Source of the DNA: a virus
Lineage: Duplodnaviria > Heunggongvirae > Uroviricota > Caudoviricetes
Direction: 5' to 3' (one strand)
Length of the DNA: 64,000 bases
Virus record (IMG/VR): IMGVR_UViG_3300028888_000043
Location: 169,756-233,755 of that record
Positions within the stretch are counted from its first letter, which is position 1; the number at the start of each line of letters is the position of its first letter. A model generated the notes under the pieces. That model ran no database searches and was not told the origin of the DNA. It worked only from the letters and a program-made list of their open reading frames with translations. Both the position numbers and the translations under genes were made by a program. Positions 57,183 to 64,000 of the stretch are shown here, one piece after another.

Positions 57183-58040
57183 ATGAAGAAAATTGTTTTA
57201 AAGAATTGTGATGTAAAGGAGTTTAATACCCTCATCAAGAGAAGTGCGTCTCTGGACAACTTCATTTTTATCAATCTCCATGGCAGTAAGTTTGAATCAA
57301 CTGCCTATAACAAGAACAAGTCAGCATTGAAGTCCATCACCGCAGACCTCACCAAGTACTGTGAGGCATTTGTCAGTGATTGTGGGGATGAACTTGTCAA
57401 GATTCAGTTTACCAATGCAGGTAAGCTCATCTCTGTCCTTGGTCTTGTAGGTACAGAGGGTGTTGATGTCACCTTCTTCATCGAGGACAATGGTTATGCC
57501 AAGAAAGTTGTTGTTGAGAACACCGAAGTCAATCTCACCGTTCCCGCTGCTGACAAGGATGCTCTGGCATTCCTTGAGATTCCTGACCATGCCCGTCACA
57601 CCATCTTTGAGGATACCACCACCCTGGAGTACAAGGTTGGTATTTCTGAAAATGAGTTCAAGTATCTGTCACAACTCTTTGCCCTTAACAAGGAGTCTTG
57701 CAGGGTCTGCTTCTCCATCAGTAATGATGTTGTGACTGTCTCCGAAATTGAGAGTACTGATGAGAATGTCCGTGAGATTGTCAATGGTTATCTCTCTGAT
57801 GGTAACATTCCTGAATTTGATGCCTTTGACAAGTTGTATTCCAAGAAGCTCACCTATGAGTCTTTTGAGAATTTCAGCGAGGAAGGTTATCTCCGCTGCT
57901 TCAACAAGTCATACTTTGTCTGGATTGATTCCGATGAGCACTATGACATTGAGTTCCACAGCAACAAGATCAAGTTTATCTCTGTTGATGAAAAGGGAAC
58001 AAAGACATATGTGGTACTTACTCCAGTACCGTTTGCATAA
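57183..58040 (+). CDS. probable sliding clamp (gp45-like)
   Basis: Size, alternating beta/alpha pattern, location next to the polymerase; no diagnostic motif. Confidence 0.5.
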   Translation: MKKIVLKNCDVKEFNTLIKRSASLDNFIFINLHGSKFESTAYNKNKSALKSITADLTKYCEAFVSDCGDELVKIQFTNAGKLISVLGLVGTEGVDVTFFIEDNGYAKKVVVENTEVNLTVPAADKDALAFLEIPDHARHTIFEDTTTLEYKVGISENEFKYLSQLFALNKESCRVCFSISNDVVTVSEIESTDENVREIVNGYLSDGNIPEFDAFDKLYSKKLTYESFENFSEEGYLRCFNKSYFVWIDSDEHYDIEFHSNKIKFISVDEKGTKTYVVLTPVPFA

Positions 58041-58066
58041 ACAAATTTTTAAGGTTGAACAATGTG

Positions 58067-58097
58067 AAAAGAGAGAGGTCAGAACCTCTCTCTTTTT
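58067..58097. terminator. bidirectional terminator
   Basis: AAAAGAGAGAGGT/ACCTCTCTCTTTT between convergent genes. Confidence 0.75.
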
Positions 58098-58665
58098 ATT
58101 TATCCTTTACCAATCTCACACAGAGTTTTGCTGTTCTGTCTGTGTCTATTATATCCATTATACTGTAATGATTAGTTAATGGTGTATAAAGGACATCATT
58201 ATCAGTAATGATAAAACAATGTACCGTTGAACCGGCGCTAACTTCTTCAGATGTCCAGCCCCAGTACTCTGTAAGATATGTGACTACTTCATTTCCATGA
58301 GTTACTGATGTATTGTAAATCATACCATTTCTATTGAATGTGAGGCCTTGAGATTTATTTGTAAAATATAAATAATCTTTGTTAGATTTCAGAACACAAT
58401 ATCTATCTAATTCATCAATATCTTTCCTTGTCGGTAATCTCCATCCTGAATTTTGAATCAATTCTTTGATTTCATCAAACAAGAAATGTATTTTTCCGTC
58501 ATATTTTAAATCTGCATCAGCCCAGTAGATAGACCCTCCCATATCAACAGGTTTCAGTTTGTGTAGGTTTTCTATCTCATCTTCCTTCCTGATGGCATCT
58601 CCATTACTTCTCTTGTGAATGTCCGCCCAGACAGATTCAGTTAATATGTTACTTAACTTTTTCAT
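58096..58665 (-). CDS. ESVWAD-tag protein with Fib_succ_major/CLec-like payload
   Basis: MKKLSNILTESVWADIHKRSNGDAIRKED; PVDMG..IYWA, GWRLPT, WTS, VRLVKDK. Confidence 0.85.
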   Translation of the reverse strand: MKKLSNILTESVWADIHKRSNGDAIRKEDEIENLHKLKPVDMGGSIYWADADLKYDGKIHFLFDEIKELIQNSGWRLPTRKDIDELDRYCVLKSNKDYLYFTNKSQGLTFNRNGMIYNTSVTHGNEVVTYLTEYWGWTSEEVSAGSTVHCFIITDNDVLYTPLTNHYSIMDIIDTDRTAKLCVRLVKDK

Positions 58666-59447
58666 AATTCATCATCGTCTTCATCATCTATATCATCTGT
58701 TCTCTGCGCACCTTCTTTCAGTTTAAGAAAGCATAAATCATCTGCACCAGATGGACTCTCGAATGGATCCATCTCATGGTTTGTAGATTCAACCCATCCA
58801 AGATTTGTATATGCTTCCCTTAAATCATTTTCAAGTTCCTCACGCCAGCCGTCTATGACAGGATAGAATATGGTATTGGCATCCAATATGTCATTTTTGT
58901 CATATTCAACATCATCAGGACAGTAATCTATACCTGCACTTACTTCAAAGCAGATGTTACTTAAGAAGTCAGATGTTGATAAGTCATTGAGGACAAATTC
59001 AGCATACTCCGACATATGGTTGTCAGTATATATCTTCTTTAAGTAATCTTCAAGTATCTTCTGGATTGGGTGATTGTTCATAGTGTCAACATATCCCTTT
59101 TCCATCATTTCCTTGATGTGTTCTTCAGGAGTTTTTTCAATATATTGGCGAAGTACATATATGTCATGGTTGTCCCGGCAGTACTCGCCATGTCCTACAA
59201 ACTCGCAGTTGTTTTCAAGTCTGATGGTGTTATCTGATGATTTGTCAAATCCAAAACCATCCCATTCCATCTCATAATCTTCAACATAATCTTCACCAAG
59301 TGTCATTACTTCCCTGGTGATGTTGTACTTGACACCATCAATAGTTACAAGAATACCAACATCTTCTTTTCTGAATTCATCACCATTACTTCTGCGGTGC
59401 ATGTCAGACCAGACAGATTCTTTCAGTATGTTACTTAATTTCTTCAT
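58662..59447 (-). CDS. ESVWAD-tag protein with acidic payload
   Basis: MKKLSNILKESVWSDMHRRSNGDEFRKED. Confidence 0.85.
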   Translation of the reverse strand: MKKLSNILKESVWSDMHRRSNGDEFRKEDVGILVTIDGVKYNITREVMTLGEDYVEDYEMEWDGFGFDKSSDNTIRLENNCEFVGHGEYCRDNHDIYVLRQYIEKTPEEHIKEMMEKGYVDTMNNHPIQKILEDYLKKIYTDNHMSEYAEFVLNDLSTSDFLSNICFEVSAGIDYCPDDVEYDKNDILDANTIFYPVIDGWREELENDLREAYTNLGWVESTNHEMDPFESPSGADDLCFLKLKEGAQRTDDIDDEDDDEL

Positions 59448-59454
59448 ATCATTA

Positions 59455-60372
59455 TTATTTATCTTTTACAAGGAATACATATAATCTGGTTTGGTGGATA
59501 TTGGAAGAATCAATGTTGAATTTTGACATATTGTCATATCCATAATCATATGCAAGGTTCTGCCATTTCTCATGTCTGTCTTTTGTCCAGGCATGGAATC
59601 CATAGATACTTTCTTCTGTCTTGATTCTCAATGTACCATTAGGGTATTCAAGCCATACATATCCAGTTCCATCATCATCTCTGTACCAACGTTTCCGGAC
59701 ATGTCTGAAATCAACCTGTTTCACCTCTTCAAGTGTAGGAAGCCTCCATCCATTGTTGTTGTAGTTCTCTACATCTTCAAAATAGAACTTATTTTTCCCA
59801 TCAATATCAAGAGCATCCTTGGCCCAGTAAACAGTTGTGTTCTCACCGAAGTCAACATATTCAGGATTGAATTTGTCTTCCTTTCTCTCTTGTTCACCAT
59901 TACTTCTCTTGTGTATGTCAGACCAGACAGATTCTTTTATATCAACTATGTCAATGTTATGAAGGATGAAATTCACAAGGTTCAAGAAAGTGTTGTTTGA
60001 AATTGTACCATCCTTTTCCTTAATCCTGAATGTTGTAGTGTTTATTTTTTCAATGTTGAAATTATCTGCAATCACAACAGTTTCCAATCCAACATTATCA
60101 AGGAGGTCAATGAGGATGTTATATATCTTGTCATTTGAAAAGTTTATTGACACTTCAAGACCCATAACTATTTCAACATTGACATGCTTTGTATTTTGCC
60201 CTTCCATAAAGTTGACATACTCAACCTTATCCTTATAGTTTGAATTGGTATATTCATACAACTGTTCCGGGTCAAAAAGATTGACATCATCTTCCTTTTT
60301 AACCTGTTCTCCATTACTCCTCTTGTGTATATCAGCCCATACAGACTCATCTATTTTACTTAATTTTTTCAT
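59455..60372 (-). CDS. two-module ESVWAD-tag protein (module A plus CLec-like module)
   Basis: Tags at nt 60348-60289 and 59934-59875; second module has EYVDFG..VYWA, GWRLPT, LVKDK. Confidence 0.85.
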   Translation of the reverse strand: MKKLSKIDESVWADIHKRSNGEQVKKEDDVNLFDPEQLYEYTNSNYKDKVEYVNFMEGQNTKHVNVEIVMGLEVSINFSNDKIYNILIDLLDNVGLETVVIADNFNIEKINTTTFRIKEKDGTISNNTFLNLVNFILHNIDIVDIKESVWSDIHKRSNGEQERKEDKFNPEYVDFGENTTVYWAKDALDIDGKNKFYFEDVENYNNNGWRLPTLEEVKQVDFRHVRKRWYRDDDGTGYVWLEYPNGTLRIKTEESIYGFHAWTKDRHEKWQNLAYDYGYDNMSKFNIDSSNIHQTRLYVFLVKDK

Positions 60373-61001
60373 ATGCTTCTCAATATACCATAAGAATCCA
60401 CAAGGTCATCAATGGGTTTTATATTGTTATAATCAAGTTCATTCTCCTTGCAGTACTTCCAGAAAGGACATCTCTCTATGTCAGGATCTTGGGTCTTGTT
60501 CTCAATGAATGCCTTTATCATATCATCCTTTTTGGCATTTCCCTTTCCTGACAGTCTCTTCTTTCCTTCTGTTGGTGAGATGATGACCAGACAGTCCTCC
60601 CCAAAGTACTCCAGGAGTTTGATTCTCAAAAATGAGTTGAACAATACCAGGTCAATGGTGGAGGAAGAGATACTTCCATATGAGAATCCTTCCAATCCTA
60701 TTATGACACTATCATCACCTACAATCTCTACAAGTCTGTTGGAGATTTTGTGTGCGATCATCTCCGCAGCCGCCATCTTGGTCTTCTGTTCCTCCCTGTA
60801 ATCTTTCTTGTCTATATGCCTGGTGTAAGGATTCATCTCCATGAACTTGTTCAGTTCCCTGTGATAGTTGAATGTTTTCATCTTTCCACCTTCCCAGTCC
60901 TTACCATAATCATCAAAGAAGGAGATGAAAGAATACTCTCCATCTTTATAAACACATATCGCCGGGGATATGAGACTGAAATCTATACCTATCTTTATCA
61001 T
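60369..61001 (-). CDS. RuvC-like (RNase H fold) Holliday junction resolvase
   Basis: IGIDFSL, IGLEGFSYG, ISPT..KK...GKGNA.K..M, DDLVDSY. Confidence 0.8.
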   Translation of the reverse strand: MIKIGIDFSLISPAICVYKDGEYSFISFFDDYGKDWEGGKMKTFNYHRELNKFMEMNPYTRHIDKKDYREEQKTKMAAAEMIAHKISNRLVEIVGDDSVIIGLEGFSYGSISSSTIDLVLFNSFLRIKLLEYFGEDCLVIISPTEGKKRLSGKGNAKKDDMIKAFIENKTQDPDIERCPFWKYCKENELDYNNIKPIDDLVDSYGILRSI

Positions 61002-61984
61002 TTTAGCAATATACCTTTTTCACCTTCATATTCAGGATCTTCTCTCAATATATATCCTTTCTTTGAACCGTATAAATTATATTTATATAAATAGAATGTT
61101 TTGTTCTCCAATCTATATCTTATACCCCTCTTTTCTCCCAAAGTCATTTTTGCCCATGTTATTGGAGTATATGATCTACCTCCATTAACATTCAATGAAT
61201 ATATATCACTACCATATGGAGTTATATGTTCTATTTGGAGTCTCCAATAATGTTCATTTTTAAAATATATATCCACCTTTTCAGGCCAATCATCTTTTGT
61301 TATTTTTCTGATTTTGTTTATCACAAATTCATATGCTATATCAAGACCCCTTAACTGTTCTTTTGTATATTTTGGTGCTTGTGGTAATGCTATAATTGCC
61401 CACCAGTGTTCTGGGTTCTGTTCTGGAAGGTCTTCCTTTCTGAACATACTTCCATTACTTCTACGGTGAATATCTGCCCAGACTGATTCATTCATATTAT
61501 CATTTTTAACAAGTATCCTCGTAAAGAAAACATTTGTATTTTCCAAAAGGAAATTTATAATTTCAATGAAGAACTTATTTGATGATTTACCAGTCTTAGG
61601 TGTAATCAAAAAATTATCAGTAAAATTTCTGTGTATGTGATACTTTTTGACATTATATTTTCTCCTGATCTTGTCAAATAATTTATCATCTTTATTCAGG
61701 AAATGATCCCAGATAAGTACTGAATTATCAGTGCAGTCATATTGTATGAACCAAGTTGATTTTGTACCAAGTTCAGTCTCAAACATAGGAACAGTTATAA
61801 CATCATTCAAATCTTTAAAGATATAGAAATCAGTATCTACATTTTTATAGAGGTCTCGAAGATATTCAACAAAACCTTGTGCATCAAGAATATTAGGGTC
61901 ATCTTCTTTTCTTGTCTGCTTTCCATTACTCCTCTTGTGCATATCTGCCCATACAGATTCATCTATTTTACTTAACCTTTTCAT
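60998..61984 (-). CDS. two-module ESVWAD-tag protein (module A plus basic module)
   Basis: Tags at nt 61960-61901 and 61489-61430. Confidence 0.85.
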   Translation of the reverse strand: MKRLSKIDESVWADMHKRSNGKQTRKEDDPNILDAQGFVEYLRDLYKNVDTDFYIFKDLNDVITVPMFETELGTKSTWFIQYDCTDNSVLIWDHFLNKDDKLFDKIRRKYNVKKYHIHRNFTDNFLITPKTGKSSNKFFIEIINFLLENTNVFFTRILVKNDNMNESVWADIHRRSNGSMFRKEDLPEQNPEHWWAIIALPQAPKYTKEQLRGLDIAYEFVINKIRKITKDDWPEKVDIYFKNEHYWRLQIEHITPYGSDIYSLNVNGGRSYTPITWAKMTLGEKRGIRYRLENKTFYLYKYNLYGSKKGYILREDPEYEGEKGILLK

Positions 61985-62733
61985 GCATTAAACCAGTCTC
62001 TTGTGTATTCTCTGTATTTCTTGAAGTTGACAAGGTTGTTGAGATTGGCAGGAAGTGCTATGCTACATCCATCATAGAATGTCCAACCAACAAAATCCTC
62101 ATCCCTCAATTCCGGGAAGTCGTCACATATGGAGTCTATGAATTCCTCAATTTCAAAGCCATCATTGTCACAGGCATATGAATATACATCTCCCTCATCA
62201 ATGAGTTTTAACAGATAATCTCCACCATAATCACATTTCCTGTCAGCTGCACCGATGATGATTGATTTTGTAGAAGGTGCATGACTGAAATACTGTCCTA
62301 CTTCCTTTAACTTGGTAGCAATACCTCTGCATAGTGAGATATAATCCTCTTCTGATACCTCATTGGCAATATCCTCTTCATATTCAACAAGGTTATCATA
62401 TGTGTAGAAATCCGCTATAAGTGAATCTCCATGTTTGCTATCATATATGAGATAGTCATATGGTGCTTTCCAATTTGATATATTTACCATCTCATCAGGA
62501 GAGAAATTCATATATCTTGCATTGTCAATGGAAACACCATAAGTGAGGTTGGGATTCTTCTCCAATATTTCTTTTATCCAATAATCATATCTACAGGATG
62601 AGTCCTTGATGATGATATCCACTCCAAGACAAGTGGAGACTTTCTTTCCGTCTTCCTTTCTGATGACATCTCCATTGCTTCTCCTGTGTATGTCTGCCCA
62701 GACGGATTCATCAACTTTACTTAATTTCTTCAT
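61981..62733 (-). CDS. ESVWAD-tag protein with acidic payload
   Basis: MKKLSKVDESVWADIHRRSNGDVIRKED. Confidence 0.85.
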   Translation of the reverse strand: MKKLSKVDESVWADIHRRSNGDVIRKEDGKKVSTCLGVDIIIKDSSCRYDYWIKEILEKNPNLTYGVSIDNARYMNFSPDEMVNISNWKAPYDYLIYDSKHGDSLIADFYTYDNLVEYEEDIANEVSEEDYISLCRGIATKLKEVGQYFSHAPSTKSIIIGAADRKCDYGGDYLLKLIDEGDVYSYACDNDGFEIEEFIDSICDDFPELRDEDFVGWTFYDGCSIALPANLNNLVNFKKYREYTRDWFNA

Positions 62734-62756
62734 ATTTTTTAAAATAACAGATATAA

Positions 62757-62764
62757 TATTTATG
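62757..62764 (-). promoter_or_regulatory. late promoter CATAAATA driving the tag-protein operon
   Basis: 23 nt before ATG 62733. Confidence 0.7.
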
Positions 62765-62769
62765 AGGTT

Positions 62770-62781
62770 TTGTTATATTTA
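62770..62781 (+). promoter_or_regulatory. TTGTTATATTTA promoter (middle-type)
   Basis: Exact motif upstream of metK. Confidence 0.7.
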
Positions 62782-62819
62782 GATTGTTGAAAGACATTAA
62801 ATCTTAAAGTTATATAAGT

Positions 62820-63614
62820 ATGTTTGAAAAAGTAAATCCAATGCATCCTGATAAGGTTGCTGACCGTATTGCAGGTGCTCTTGTTGACCTTGCCTATGCC
62901 AACCAGGAAAATCCGAAGGTCGCAGTTGAAGTACTTCTTGGTCATGGTAAATGTACCATCATCACAGAGTCCAGTTTCAAGTACACAAAGGAGAATGTCC
63001 TTCCAATCGTTCAGAGAATTGCAGGAGATGAAGTGAAACTTGATCTCAAGGCAGTTCCTCAGGATGAACATCTTGCTCATAATCAGGATGGTCAGGTCCG
63101 TTGTGGTGATAACGGTATCTTCAAGGGTATGCCTCTCACCAATGAGGAAATGGAACTGTCTGAAATCGCCCAGAAGATTTATGAGATGTATCCAACCGAT
63201 GGCAAGTACATCATTGATGATGACACCAATACTCTCATTGTGTGCCAGAGTTGCTGTAACTCTGATGAACTCAAGAATGAACTGGAGTATCTGTATCCTG
63301 ATTACAAGGTGATTGTCAACCCTCTGGGTGACTGGACCGGAGGTACCAATGTGGACACCGGCTGCACCAACAGGAAACTTGGTTCTGATATGGGACGCTC
63401 TGTCACAGGTGGTGGACTTCATGGAAAGGATGTATCAAAGGCGGATGTATCTGTGAATATCTATGCCTACCTCCATTCTCCACAGGAACTGTTTTGCGCC
63501 ATTGGTGATACTGATGTGAATGGTATTCCTTATTCACAGATTGTCCAGGAGGCCAAGGAATATATTGATTCCATTGGTGGGTTTGAGGCACTGGCTGAAT
63601 GGGGACTTATCTAA
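62820..63614 (+). CDS. metK: S-adenosylmethionine synthetase, short phage-type
   Basis: EKVNPMHPDKVADRI, GDNG, DGK, VNPLG.WTGG...DTG.TNRK, GGGLHGKD.SKAD. Confidence 0.9.
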   Translation: MFEKVNPMHPDKVADRIAGALVDLAYANQENPKVAVEVLLGHGKCTIITESSFKYTKENVLPIVQRIAGDEVKLDLKAVPQDEHLAHNQDGQVRCGDNGIFKGMPLTNEEMELSEIAQKIYEMYPTDGKYIIDDDTNTLIVCQSCCNSDELKNELEYLYPDYKVIVNPLGDWTGGTNVDTGCTNRKLGSDMGRSVTGGGLHGKDVSKADVSVNIYAYLHSPQELFCAIGDTDVNGIPYSQIVQEAKEYIDSIGGFEALAEWGLI

Positions 63615-63635
63615 TCCTGTAACTGATTGTCAATG

Positions 63636-63661
63636 AAGGGGGTGAGATAATTACCTCCTTT
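63636..63661 (+). terminator. probable terminator
   Basis: AAGGGGGT/ACCTCCTT stem. Confidence 0.5.
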
Positions 63662-63662
63662 G

Positions 63663-63674
63663 TTGTTATATTTA
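63663..63674 (+). promoter_or_regulatory. TTGTTATATTTA promoter (middle-type)
   Basis: 4 nt before ATG 63679. Confidence 0.7.
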
Positions 63675-63678
63675 ATAT

Positions 63679-64000
63679 ATGGAAAATAGAAAGATTTGGC
63701 TTATTGCTGACACACATTTTGGATATAAGGGAGATGATGAGGAGTGGCTTGATGACTATGCTGGTTACTTTGAGGATGTTCTGATTCCACTTATGAAGGA
63801 AGAGGCAGGGAAAGATGATATCCTTGTCCACTGCGGTGATGTGTTTGACAACCGGTCTATCCTTGGACTCAACACCATCAACAGGGTGATTTCCATATTT
63901 GAGAAATTTTCTGAAATATTCAGTGACATCAGGATTACTGTCGGTAACCATGATATGCTGAAAAAGTCAAGTACTTATACCACATCTGTCAATATCCTGA
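63679..64000 (+). CDS. gp47: Mre11/SbcD-like nuclease (T4 gp47), 5' part, truncated by the window
   Basis: Translates to MENRKIWLIADTHFG...HCGDVFDNR...VGNHD; absent from the ORF track. Confidence 0.88.
   Translation, partial: MENRKIWLIADTHFGYKGDDEEWLDDYAGYFEDVLIPLMKEEAGKDDILVHCGDVFDNRSILGLNTINRVISIFEKFSEIFSDIRITVGNHDMLKKSSTYTTSVNIL

Noticed and set aside
62760-63422. 220-aa antisense ORF over metK, and similar shadow ORFs over dnaK, gp32, the tape measure and others
   Set aside because: They lie opposite or out of frame to well-supported genes and lack motifs or promoters; expected from codon bias.
1-64000. Stop-codon recoding (TAG=Gln, as in Lak megaphages and some crAss-like phages)
   Set aside because: Long genes are intact in the standard code, coding density is high, and TAG ends genes directly before terminators or promoters (e.g. 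11514, 57132, 47388).

Overview
A 64-kb segment of a large T4-like (myovirus) jumbo phage, AT-rich, standard genetic code. The probable host is Bacteroidota: there are no Shine-Dalgarno motifs, the promoters resemble the Bacteroidota -7 box, and DUF4494-like and Fib_succ_major/DUF1566-like proteins are present. It carries T4-like replication genes (gp32 SSB, gp43 DNA polymerase B, probable gp45 clamp, RNase H/FEN, gp47/Mre11 partial, RuvC-like resolvase) and two sigma factors (sigma70-like and gp55-like late sigma). Neck, tail and baseplate genes include gp14, gp15, gp4, gp25, gp6, gp7-like, gp26/gp51-like, hub and tape measure. Host-like auxiliary genes include DnaK, a 4-domain ribosomal-S1-like protein, a short MetK, PspC and a ferritin-like protein. 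Most notable observations: (1) a late-expressed family of 6 ORFs carrying 8 copies of a conserved 20-aa tag, ESVW(A/S)D(I/M)H(K/R)RSNG...(R/K)KED, in front of mix-and-match payload domains, some as tandem polyproteins; this is a candidate packaged/injected effector system; (2) a tRNA-like fold nested in the anticodon arm of another tRNA-like fold, just downstream of the late sigma gene; (3) a candidate modular docking system at the baseplate (VxIxGT strand repeats plus three proteins sharing an ~85-aa N-terminal domain); (4) a readable three-tier promoter cascade (one host-like promoter, 14 TTGTTATATTTA-type, 16 CATAAATA) with several apparently leaderless genes and a small two-hairpin RNA. 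All functional calls come from motif recognition by eye; no database searches were run.
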